Part shown: positions 31,190 to 41,903 of the stretch, one piece after another | Numbering within the stretch: position 1 is the stretch's first letter | How the letters are laid out: each line of letters starts with the position of its first letter | From: Candidatus Eiseniibacteriota bacterium | GTDB lineage: Bacteria; Orphanbacterota; Orphanbacteria; Orphanbacterales; Orphanbacteraceae | DNA: 64,000 nt | Direction of reading: 5' to 3' | NCBI GenBank assembly: GCA_043809585.1 | Contig: JBDROZ010000072.1 | Coordinates: 1-64,000 of the forward strand | Notes under the pieces: model-generated | What the model was told of the DNA's origin: nothing | Database searches by the model: none | The model's input: only the letters and a program-made list of their open reading frames with translations | Made by a program: the position numbers and the translations under genes

Positions 31190-32227
31190 CTATTCCGCGA
31201 TCCCGCTCCGGATGCAGTCATATTGGTGGAGAAGACCGATCGGTCTAGCCGATTGATCCACAACCAATAAGCACGTTATTATGCTTTTCGGGTTTTCGTG
31301 CATTTTCTTGAGGGCGTCCGCGACGAGGGCTTCGGGCCCGATGGTCTTCGGGGCCCGGGTCATGACCTCCCCGACCCGCAGACCGAAGACGTCCGGCTCC
31401 CGGAGCAGGATCCTCTTCAGATCGCCGTCGGTCAGGATCCCGGTCAGTTTCCCCTCGCCGTCGATCACGCCCGTGGCGCCGAGCCGCTTCTCGGCGATCT
31501 CCAGAAGGGCATCTTTGAGAAACGCCTCTTCGCCCACGAGGGGGAGTTCGTCCCCGGCATGCATCACGTCCCGCGCCCGGAGGAGCAGCTTCTTTCCGAG
31601 CACGCCGCTCGGATGGAAGCGGGCGAAGTCCTCGCTCTTCAACCCCCGGAGATCGAAGAGGGTGACCGCCAGGGCGTCTCCCATCGCGATCGAGGCGACG
31701 GCGCTCGCCGTAGGCGCGAGGTTCAGGCTGCACGCTTCCGGACCGTCTTCGATGGCGAGCACCACGTCCGCGGCGCGGGCGAGTTCCGAATCGGGCTTCG
31801 CCGTGATCAGGATGATAGGGAGCCCGAGGACCCGGAGAGAGGGGAGGAGGCCGATCAGCTCCTCGTTGGCCCCGGAGCGGGAAACCATGAGGACCACGTC
31901 TTCGGGATGGACCATGCCGAGGTCCCCGTGGACCGCGTCCACCGGGTGAAGGAAGAAGGCCGTGGCCCCGGTGGAACTGAAGGTGGAGGCGATCTTTCTC
32001 GCCACGAGACCGGACTTGCCGACACCGGTGACGACGATCTTTCCGAGACGGGTGCCCGCGGGATCCTCGGGGCGGACGATGGCGCCGTGGATCATCTCCA
32101 GGGCGCGGCCGAACGACTCGTCGACGTTCTCTTCGAGGTACCGGAGCGTCTCCGCTTCCCTCCGGAAGACCTCTCTCGCCCGTTCGATGCCGAACCGGAT
32201 CGCCTCCCTGTCCGCCGGCGCGCTCAT
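31190..32227 (-). CDS. kdsD: Arabinose-5-phosphate isomerase (KpsF/GutQ family)
   Basis: TGVGKSG, HGDLG, APTAS and FHPSG motifs; two CBS domains. Confidence 0.95.
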   Translation of the reverse strand: MSAPADREAIRFGIERAREVFRREAETLRYLEENVDESFGRALEMIHGAIVRPEDPAGTRLGKIVVTGVGKSGLVARKIASTFSSTGATAFFLHPVDAVHGDLGMVHPEDVVLMVSRSGANEELIGLLPSLRVLGLPIILITAKPDSELARAADVVLAIEDGPEACSLNLAPTASAVASIAMGDALAVTLFDLRGLKSEDFARFHPSGVLGKKLLLRARDVMHAGDELPLVGEEAFLKDALLEIAEKRLGATGVIDGEGKLTGILTDGDLKRILLREPDVFGLRVGEVMTRAPKTIGPEALVADALKKMHENPKSIITCLLVVDQSARPIGLLHQYDCIRSGIAE

Positions 32228-33069
32228 CGGGACTCCGCGTACCGCCGGGCTTCGTGGATCCGGACCAGTCCCTGGAGGAGTCCTTCGAGCCGGCGCAAGG
32301 GGAGTTGGCTCGAGGCGTCGCAGAGCGCCTTCGCCGGCTCCGGGTGGGTCTCGAGGAAGAGGCCGTCGCACCCGGCCGCGACGCCCGCCCGGGCGAGCAG
32401 GGGAATGTGCTCCGGCGTCCCCCCGTCCGGGTCCGCGCTCGGCCTTCCGTAGATCCGGACCGAGTGGGTCACGTCGAAGATCACCGGGTAACCGTGCCCG
32501 CGCATCACGGCGAGGGAACGCATGTCGACCACGAGCTGACGGTAGCCGAAGCAGGCCCCCCGCTCGGTGAGAAGGATCGCGCGCCCCCCCGCGGACTCGA
32601 CCTTTCCCACCGAGTTCTTCATGTCTTCGGGGGCGATGAACTGTCCCTTCTTTATGTTCACCGCCTTGCCCGTCCGCGCCGCCGTCTGGAGGAGCTCGGT
32701 CTGCTGGGAGAGATAGGCGGGGATCTGGAGGACGTCGAGCACCTCCGACGCCGGGCCGACCTGTTCGGGCGTGTGCACGTCGGAGAGAACCGGGACGCCC
32801 ACCTCCTTCTTCACCTTCTCGAGGATGCGAAGTCCCTCCTCGAGGCCCGGGCCCTCGAAATTCTCCGCCGATGAGCGGTTGTCCTTCCGGTAAGACGACT
32901 TGAAGACGAAGGGAAGGCCGAGCCTCCCCGCCGTCTCCCGGATCTTCTCCGCCGTCCGGAGAGTGATCTCCTCCCCTTCGATCACGCACGGTCCGGCGAT
33001 CAGCGCGAGCGGGCCCTCGTCGCCGAACCGGACCCCCCCGACGTCGACCATGCGCACGGTCCCTCCCAT
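32224..33069 (-). CDS. kdsA: KDO8P synthase
   Basis: IAGPCVIE, KDNRSS, NIKKGQF and DVTHSV motifs. Confidence 0.96.
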   Translation of the reverse strand: MGGTVRMVDVGGVRFGDEGPLALIAGPCVIEGEEITLRTAEKIRETAGRLGLPFVFKSSYRKDNRSSAENFEGPGLEEGLRILEKVKKEVGVPVLSDVHTPEQVGPASEVLDVLQIPAYLSQQTELLQTAARTGKAVNIKKGQFIAPEDMKNSVGKVESAGGRAILLTERGACFGYRQLVVDMRSLAVMRGHGYPVIFDVTHSVRIYGRPSADPDGGTPEHIPLLARAGVAAGCDGLFLETHPEPAKALCDASSQLPLRRLEGLLQGLVRIHEARRYAESR

Positions 33070-35507
<2,438 letters not shown>

Positions 35508-35520
35508 GACTTTTCTCCCC

Positions 35521-35551
35521 AAAGAAAAAAGAGGGGACAGAGGTCCCCTCT
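35521..35551 (-). terminator. Intrinsic terminator after rpmA
   Basis: Minus strand AGAGGGGAC-CTCT-GTCCCCTCT hairpin followed by a T-rich tract. Confidence 0.85.
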
Positions 35552-35591
35552 CCGCTCAGTCAGCTTACACTCGCCGGCTCGGGCGGTCGGA

Positions 35592-35876
35592 TCATCCCTC
35601 CCCCGACACCGTCCGCTCTTCGGAGTATGCGTGAACGTTCACGACCTTTCGGTCCCGGCCCTTGCGGGCGTATTCGACGACGCCCGTCGCCTTGGCGAAA
35701 AGCGTATCATCCCCGCCCCGGCCCACGTTCTGGCCCGGATAAATCCGGGTCCCTCGCTGGCGGACGAGAATCTCGCCGGCGTTCACCCGCTGGCCTCCGA
35801 ACCGCTTCACGCCGAGGCGTTGTGAATTGCTGTCCCGGCCGTTCCTGGAGCTTCCCACTCCCTTTTTATGAGCCAT
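35592..35876 (-). CDS. rpmA: 50S ribosomal protein L27
   Basis: [17 protein letters not shown]-terminus. Confidence 0.98.
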   Translation of the reverse strand: MAHKKGVGSSRNGRDSNSQRLGVKRFGGQRVNAGEILVRQRGTRIYPGQNVGRGGDDTLFAKATGVVEYARKGRDRKVVNVHAYSEERTVSGEG

Positions 35877-35905
35877 CGTTCTCTCCCTGCTTAAGAGGTC
35901 CCGGC

Positions 35906-36220
35906 CTAGGTCCCGATCGAGAGGACGCGAATCCGGGTGAAGTGGGTCCTGTGGCCGTGAATCCGGCGGTAGTTCTTGCGGCGCTTGAACTTCTGGACGA
36001 GGACCTTGTCCCCTTTCCCGTGGGCGACGACCTCGCACTCGGCGCTCGCGTTTTCGATGACGGGGGTGCCGATGGCCCGGTCCCCGCCGTCGTTCTCGAT
36101 CAGGAGAACCCGGGAAATGGTCACTTTCTCCCCGATCTCGGCATCCAAACGCGGAACTTCGATCTCCGCCCCCTGGGTGACCCGGAACTGGAAACCGCCC
36201 TGTTCTACTATCGCGTACAA
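35906..36220 (-). CDS. rplU: 50S ribosomal protein L21
   Basis: [14 protein letters not shown] and [12 protein letters not shown] motifs; TTG start. Confidence 0.97.
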   Translation of the reverse strand: MYAIVEQGGFQFRVTQGAEIEVPRLDAEIGEKVTISRVLLIENDGGDRAIGTPVIENASAECEVVAHGKGDKVLVQKFKRRKNYRRIHGHRTHFTRIRVLSIGT

Positions 36221-36296
36221 CTCGTCTCTCCTCCGGGCAGCGCCCGGGTCGCTCCGATGCGGGTCCGGGCCGTACTACTCCATGTGAATCCAAGAA

Positions 36297-36326
36297 TATA
36301 TATCACCCCGGCCTCGGGGGTGTCAA
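36297..36326 (-). promoter_or_regulatory. sigma70-type promoter for rplU-rpmA
   Basis: TTGACA-N18-TATATA with a TGn extension. Confidence 0.7.
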
Positions 36327-36376
36327 CCCCCCATATTCAAAAAAGTTGGGGGGAAGGGATCCTAGGAACACGGGAA

Positions 36377-36447
36377 GGGGGACACAATACTGAATAGCGA
36401 ATCCTGGGGACACAATACCGAACTCCCTATTCGGTATTGTGTCCCCC
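36377..36447. repeat. REP-like cluster: two direct and one inverted copy of GGGGACACAATAC(C/T)GAA
   Basis: Direct copies at 36378 and 36406, inverted copy at 36430-36446; 17-bp perfect stem. Confidence 0.85.
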
Positions 36448-36523
36448 CGGCTCCGGCAGGCCCGGTCCCACGGCCGCGAGCTCCGGCCGCAGCAGGATAC
36501 TCCGAGCATCGCGGGTTAAAGGG

Positions 36524-38074
36524 TTAGAAGAGAACTTGGTCGGTCAGTTCCTTGCCGTTCTTCTGGGCGAAGATTCGGATCTCCTCCCGGCCGAGGTTCT
36601 TGTCGTCCTCGATTTCGACGGAGAGCTTGTAGCGCCTTTCGATCGCCTCGACCCGGCCCGCCCGCCCCTCGATGAAATAAACCGCCAGATCGGGGTGGAG
36701 CCGGACGACGACCTTCTTCTCGCTGCAGTAGGTCGAGACCCGGCGGAGGAGCCTCTCCACCTTCATCGCCAGGGAGGCGAGGGAGAGCCGCTTCCCCGTC
36801 CCTCCGCAGTGGGGGCAGGGGGAACTGAAGTAGTGGATCAGGCTCGGCCGCACCCGCTGGCGGGTCATCTCGACGAGGCCGAGCTCGCTCACCCGGAAGG
36901 TCTTCGTCCGGGAGCGGTCCCGGCGGAGCGCCTCCCGCAGGGTCTCGAGGACCTTATCCCGGTTCGCCTCCCGCTCCATGTCGATGAAGTCGATCACGAT
37001 GATGCCGCCCACGTCCCGAAGCCGGAGCTGCCGGGCGATCTCCCTCGCCGCCTCCACGTTGGTCCGGAAGATCGTCTCCTCCTGGTCCTTCTCCCCCGTG
37101 TAGCGTCCCGTGTTCACGTCGATCGCCACGAGCGCTTCGGTCTGGTCGAGAATGATGTACCCGCCCGCCTTCAGCCAGATTTTCGTGGAGAGGGTCTTTT
37201 CGATTTCGCTTTCGATCTCGTAGGCGTCGAAGATCGGCGTCTCCTCTTTGTAGAGATGGACCCGGTCTTTCATTTCCGCCGAGGTCGATTGCAGGTACGT
37301 GAGGATCTGCTGGTGTTCCTTCTTCGAGTCGATGATCAGCCGGTCCACGTCCTCGTTGAAGAGGTCCCGGATGAGGCCCGTCGTGAGTCCCACCTCCTTG
37401 TGCAGGAGCGACGGGCAGGGCATGTGGCCCTGCGACTTCTGCACCTTCTTCCAGAGCTGGGTCAGAAAGCGAATGTCGGCGGCGAGGTTCCGCTTCTGCT
37501 TTCCCTCCGCCACGGTGCGGACGATGGTGCCCATCCCGTCGGGGAGGACCTCACGGACCGCCTTCCGGAGGCGGGCCCGCTCGTCCCGGTTCTCGATCTT
37601 CCGGGAGACGCCGACGTGGGGCGTGCCGGGCATCAGGACCAGGTATCGGCCGGCGATGGAGATCTGGGTCGTCACCCGGGGGCCTTTCGTGCCGATCGGC
37701 TCCTTCGTCACCTGGACCAGGATCTCCTGCCCCTTCTTGAGTAGCCCTTCGATGGAAACCCCCCGGGGGACCTTCTTGACCGGCGTGTCCGGAACGTCGT
37801 CGTCGAGGGAATCGATGCTGTCCGGGTCGGGCATCACCATGTCCGACACGTGGAGGAACGCCGTCTTCTCGAGACCGATGTCCACGAAGGCCGCCTGCAT
37901 GCCCGGCAGCACCGCGTTGACCCGCCCCTTGAAGACGTCCCCCACCTGCCGGGCCGAGTCGGCCCTCTCGGCGAGGAATTCCACGAGTGTGTGGTTCTCG
38001 AGAATCGCCACCCGGGTCTCGTTCGGACTCGCGTTCACGATGATCTCGGTGAAGATCGACTTTCCCCGTGCCAC
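36524..38074 (-). CDS. Ribonuclease E/G family
   Basis: AAFVDIG, QVTKEPIGTKG, AIDVNTG and GGIIVIDFIDM motifs. Confidence 0.95.
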   Translation of the reverse strand: MARGKSIFTEIIVNASPNETRVAILENHTLVEFLAERADSARQVGDVFKGRVNAVLPGMQAAFVDIGLEKTAFLHVSDMVMPDPDSIDSLDDDVPDTPVKKVPRGVSIEGLLKKGQEILVQVTKEPIGTKGPRVTTQISIAGRYLVLMPGTPHVGVSRKIENRDERARLRKAVREVLPDGMGTIVRTVAEGKQKRNLAADIRFLTQLWKKVQKSQGHMPCPSLLHKEVGLTTGLIRDLFNEDVDRLIIDSKKEHQQILTYLQSTSAEMKDRVHLYKEETPIFDAYEIESEIEKTLSTKIWLKAGGYIILDQTEALVAIDVNTGRYTGEKDQEETIFRTNVEAAREIARQLRLRDVGGIIVIDFIDMEREANRDKVLETLREALRRDRSRTKTFRVSELGLVEMTRQRVRPSLIHYFSSPCPHCGGTGKRLSLASLAMKVERLLRRVSTYCSEKKVVVRLHPDLAVYFIEGRAGRVEAIERRYKLSVEIEDDKNLGREEIRIFAQKNGKELTDQVLF

Positions 38075-38078
38075 CCTG

Positions 38079-38687
38079 CTACGTCTCCCCCCGCTCCCGG
38101 CGATACAGGCCCCGCTCTTCGATATAATGCCGCACGGCCTCCGGGACGAGGTACCGGATCGAAAGACCCCTTCCCGCCCGCTCGCGGATCACCGTCGCGG
38201 AGATTTCGATCCTCGGCGTGTCGAGCATCCGATAACGCCCCTCGAGGCGGGCGGAGACGTCTCTCGCGTCCGTTCCCGGTCTCGGAAAGACCACGACTTC
38301 CGACTCGCTCAAAATCGCCTCCGGGTCCTTCCATTGCAGAAGATCGGCCAGACTGTCCGCGCCGATCAGATAAGCGGGCCTGGCGCCCCCTCTTTCGGCC
38401 GCGATCTGCCGGATCGTGTCGATCGCGTACGACCGCCCCTCCCTCCCGAGCTCCACCCCGGAAAAGGCGAAGCGCCGGTTCCCTTCCACGGCGAGCCGGA
38501 CCATGGCGGCCCGGTCCGAGGCGGGCGAGAGGTCCCCGGCGGATTTATGCGGGGGCCGGGCGGCCGGAACGAAGAGCACCGGCTCGCGGCCGAGAGCGTC
38601 GGCGGCGCACTCGGCCAGGATCAGGTGCCCCATGTGAATCGGATCGAAGCTCCCTCCAAAAACGATCGCCCCCGCCGCCCCACTCAA
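38079..38687 (-). CDS. nadD: Nicotinate-nucleotide adenylyltransferase
   Basis: FGGSFDPIHMGH, PPHK, IGADS and ISAT.IR motifs. Confidence 0.96.
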   Translation of the reverse strand: MSGAAGAIVFGGSFDPIHMGHLILAECAADALGREPVLFVPAARPPHKSAGDLSPASDRAAMVRLAVEGNRRFAFSGVELGREGRSYAIDTIRQIAAERGGARPAYLIGADSLADLLQWKDPEAILSESEVVVFPRPGTDARDVSARLEGRYRMLDTPRIEISATVIRERAGRGLSIRYLVPEAVRHYIEERGLYRRERGET

Positions 38688-39454
38688 TCCCCGCCCTCCC
38701 CGGCCCGGGCGATCCCGTCGTCGCCGAGCCGCGCGGCCAGTTTCGCCGTCCAGGAGGAGTCCGGGAATCGGGATCGAAGCTCGGCGAGGGCGGCGACCGT
38801 CTCTTCCCGGTGCTTCTGCTTCCGGTGGGTCTCCCCGATCCGGTAGAGGGCCTCCGGGACGTGGCGCGACTCCGGGTAGCTGTTCAAGATGATCTGAAAA
38901 TAGTAGCGCGCCGCCCCCGGCCGGCGGAGCTTCGTGTACGTGATGCCGTTCATCAGGGCTTTCTCGGCGAAATGGTCTCTCGCCTCCGCGACTTCCTCAC
39001 GGGCCCGCGGCGCGAGATCGCTCTCCGGGTAGCGGGCGAGAAAGTCCTCGAATCCGGCGAGCGCCTTCCGGTTCATCTCCGGATCGAGCTGGGGCTTCTT
39101 CCGCTGGTCGGAGTAGCAGAGGGCGCTCTCGAATGCGGCGTCGTCCACGTACTCGGACCGGGGAAACCGCCGGATGAAGGTCTCGTACAACTGGAGCGCC
39201 GTCGGATAGTCTTTCATCTTCCGCTGGGACCGGGCGATTCCGAAACGGGCCGCTTCTTCCCACTCGGTGCCGGGATAGGTGCGGGCGATGATCTGGAACG
39301 CCTCGAGGGCCTTTTGGCTCTTGCCATCCTCCAGATAGCCGGTGGCGGCCGCGACCTGCTCCGCCGGGTCGCCTTCCGGGAGCAGTTCGCCGCCGCCGCA
39401 GCGAAAGAGCGCGAGACCGCAGAGGAGATACAGGATCAGGACGCCCCGATGCAC
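38684..39454 (-). CDS. bamD: Outer membrane assembly lipoprotein BamD (TPR)
   Basis: Cys-ending hydrophobic leader; TPR pattern FIRRFPRS, FLARYPES, LNSYPES; start GTG 39454 or ATG 39484. Confidence 0.8.
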   Translation of the reverse strand: MHRGVLILYLLCGLALFRCGGGELLPEGDPAEQVAAATGYLEDGKSQKALEAFQIIARTYPGTEWEEAARFGIARSQRKMKDYPTALQLYETFIRRFPRSEYVDDAAFESALCYSDQRKKPQLDPEMNRKALAGFEDFLARYPESDLAPRAREEVAEARDHFAEKALMNGITYTKLRRPGAARYYFQIILNSYPESRHVPEALYRIGETHRKQKHREETVAALAELRSRFPDSSWTAKLAARLGDDGIARAGEGGD

Positions 39455-39483
39455 CGCCGTCCTTTCCCCGCCGGGGCGAGGCA

Positions 39484-40569
39484 TCACTCCCCGGTTTGGT
39501 TCGCGTAGAAGAGCAGGACCAGGCCCCCGATGACCCCCGCCACAACGAGGGGTTCGATGAGACGGCCGTAAGAGCCCGCGGGCAAATCGGCCTGTGCGAA
39601 GGCGTACTGCTCGCTCTCGAGATAACGAAGGGCGCCGAAGGGGACGCGGTCCGACGCGTAATGCTCGGCCGTCTCGGCCCAGAAGATCTCCTCCCCCCGG
39701 CGGAGGCGGAGCTCGATCCGCATCCTCGCGTACCGGTCGACCCGCTTCCTTCCCAACCAGAAGCGCCGGCCCGCCTCGGGATAGCGCATCTCGATTTCGG
39801 ATACCCGGTAGACGAGGCTCGAGGTCGTGCCGTCGATCGCGGAGGAAGAGGAGGCGACCGGCCCGGAGCCGGCCGATTCTTCTTCCTCGGCCGGTTCGTC
39901 GACGGGCACCTTCGCCTCGGCGGTCACGCCGTCGCACGCACCATCGACCGTCGGAAAATCGAACCGGTAGGTCACGAGGCCCGGTACGGGGGCGCCATCC
40001 TTCAGGGCGGGCGTGAACCGATATTTTGCGACCGCTTCCTCCACGGCGCTCCGGAACGGCTCCACCGCCCCCTCATCGATGAGGATGTTCGCCGCCGACC
40101 CGTTTTCGTTCACCACGATTTGCACGTCGACCCGTCCCGCGGCCCCCTCTTCGCACGTTCCGTCCGGATAGGGGACCCCGGGCCCCGAGGAGAGGACCGG
40201 CGCCACGTCGACCGGAAAATCGAGGACCGGCGCCGTCTTCTTCCCCCCGTCTCGGCGGGGCTTGACGATCTTCACGGACGGGCCGTCGGCCGCCCGCACG
40301 CGGACACCCCGCATCGAGAGGGCGGCGAGGATCTCGCTCTCCAAGAGCCAATCCGCTTCACCCGGCTCGGTGGGCCGGAGCGTGATCGGGCATTCGACGA
40401 CCTCCGGGAACCGCTCCATGGCTCGGGAGACCGCGCCCCGGGCCACGAGCTGCATCATTTCGACGTTCGTCAGATAGGCGGTCGGCGGCGTATCGCCCGC
40501 GGAGATGCCCCCGGAGAGCCCGAGAAGGACCGTGATCATGAGTGCCGAAGCGCGCGTCCCGTACATCAT
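39484..40569 (-). CDS. Hypothetical exported protein with an internal TonB C-terminal-like domain and a C-terminal hydrophobic helix
   Basis: Signal-like N-terminus; YP...GRVDVQIVVNENG...KYRFTPALKDGAPV pattern; ends LIEPLVVAGVIGGLVLLFY. Confidence 0.7.
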   Translation of the reverse strand: MMYGTRASALMITVLLGLSGGISAGDTPPTAYLTNVEMMQLVARGAVSRAMERFPEVVECPITLRPTEPGEADWLLESEILAALSMRGVRVRAADGPSVKIVKPRRDGGKKTAPVLDFPVDVAPVLSSGPGVPYPDGTCEEGAAGRVDVQIVVNENGSAANILIDEGAVEPFRSAVEEAVAKYRFTPALKDGAPVPGLVTYRFDFPTVDGACDGVTAEAKVPVDEPAEEEESAGSGPVASSSSAIDGTTSSLVYRVSEIEMRYPEAGRRFWLGRKRVDRYARMRIELRLRRGEEIFWAETAEHYASDRVPFGALRYLESEQYAFAQADLPAGSYGRLIEPLVVAGVIGGLVLLFYANQTGE

Positions 40570-40731
40570 CGGCCGCAGTTCCCCCATCGTCCGGGCCCAG
40601 CCCGGACGTTTCGTGCCTAACTCTAGGCGCCACGCCGAGTTCCCGTCAACAGAAAAGGCTCAACTTCCGGCGGGAAACTTCCGATCCTTCGGGGGAAGGA
40701 CGGCACCGCCGCAGAACGGAGGAGATCACCG

Positions 40732-41175
40732 ATGACCGGTACGAACGATATCATCCAGCAGATGTTCATCAACCTCGCCAAGATCAAACTGGAGCCGGAC
40801 ATCATCGAGAGGATGACCCCCGTCGTCGACGGGCTCATCCAGCGCCTCCGTGGCAATCTCGACCTCTCCACCGACGAAGGCTGGAACCGTCTCCGCATCG
40901 CCCTCTGCGGCATGCTCGCCCACGGGTGGGCCCTCGGCATGTCCCCCTTCAACAGCCCGGACCAGAACATCGACGGCAAAGCGATCGAGGTCCGGGTCTC
41001 CCGGGACATTCTCGCCCCTCTCGAAGTGCTGAAGTCGATCCGCTACGCCAAGAAGGACCCGACGGGCCGCATCCAGAAGGTTCTCTTCGAGCCGAGCGCG
41101 GATACGAAGGTCAAGGAACAGATCGATCGGATCCTGAAGGATATCGAGCTGAAGCACTGGAAGGGAAAGAAGTAG
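40732..41175 (+). CDS. Hypothetical cytoplasmic protein (147 aa)
   Basis: GGAGGAG RBS; host-like GC3 codon usage; normal amino-acid composition; no recognised motif. Confidence 0.75.
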   Translation: MTGTNDIIQQMFINLAKIKLEPDIIERMTPVVDGLIQRLRGNLDLSTDEGWNRLRIALCGMLAHGWALGMSPFNSPDQNIDGKAIEVRVSRDILAPLEVLKSIRYAKKDPTGRIQKVLFEPSADTKVKEQIDRILKDIELKHWKGKK

Positions 41176-41192
41176 GGGAAGCCCCTTCGGTC

Positions 41193-41567
41193 CTATTCCC
41201 AATCGGGTTCGCCGCCTACGATCGACCCGTACCCACCGGGGCTCTCGACCTGGTACCGGCCCACTTCATCGATCCAGAGACGGAAGAGATCGCCCGAGCC
41301 GGGATCGACGAAGACGTCGACGTTCCTGACGTAGGGGGCGAGATCGCGGAAGCGCTCCGTATACTGTCCGTTCTTCCCGTAGTAGAGTTCCTGGGCCTTG
41401 GCGATCCACTTCATGTACTTCCGGCTCGTTTGCTCCTCCTTGATCGCCTGGTTCCGGTACATGATGGAGAGCTGAATGAGCCCGAGAAGAACGATGATCA
41501 TCAGCACGACGGCGAGGTCGAGAAGGATGAACCCGGAGCGCCTGGAACGCGAATCTGCCAATCCCAT
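41193..41567 (-). CDS. Type IV pilin/pseudopilin-like protein
   Basis: Basic leader RSRRSG followed by FILLDLAVVLMII; AQELYY..NGQY pattern. Confidence 0.7.
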   Translation of the reverse strand: MGLADSRSRRSGFILLDLAVVLMIIVLLGLIQLSIMYRNQAIKEEQTSRKYMKWIAKAQELYYGKNGQYTERFRDLAPYVRNVDVFVDPGSGDLFRLWIDEVGRYQVESPGGYGSIVGGEPDWE

Positions 41568-41597
41568 GATCGCTGAATCCCCCATTCGAACCCGAAT

Positions 41598-41627
41598 ACT
41601 ATAGCGACGGGTCCCGAAAGGCGTCAA
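41598..41627 (-). promoter_or_regulatory. sigma70-type promoter for the pilin-like gene
   Basis: TTGACG-N18-TATAGT. Confidence 0.6.
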
Positions 41628-41824
41628 CCAGAATCCCCCTTCGAGTCCTCGATTTCCTCCCAGTCCGCGTCCTCGATTTCCTCCCCCGAGAGAGGGGATA
41701 CCTCCGTCGGGCCGGGCGCTTCCGGACGAATCCCCTCCCGCCGGGGAAGGAACCCCCGGAAGAGGTTGGCGACGATCCGCGCCAGAAGGTAAACGAAGAG
41801 CGCTCCGAAAAGGATTCTGATCAT
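41624..41824 (-). CDS. Small single-pass membrane protein
   Basis: N-terminal TM segment; acidic IEDADWEEI tail. Confidence 0.65.
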   Translation of the reverse strand: MIRILFGALFVYLLARIVANLFRGFLPRREGIRPEAPGPTEVSPLSGEEIEDADWEEIEDSKGDSG

Positions 41825-41903
41825 GGCCGACTCGATCCGCCTCTCCCGCCTCCGCGGCGGTCCCGCCCAGTATACCCTCGGAGAGGGGACCGGGAAAAGG
41901 GCC

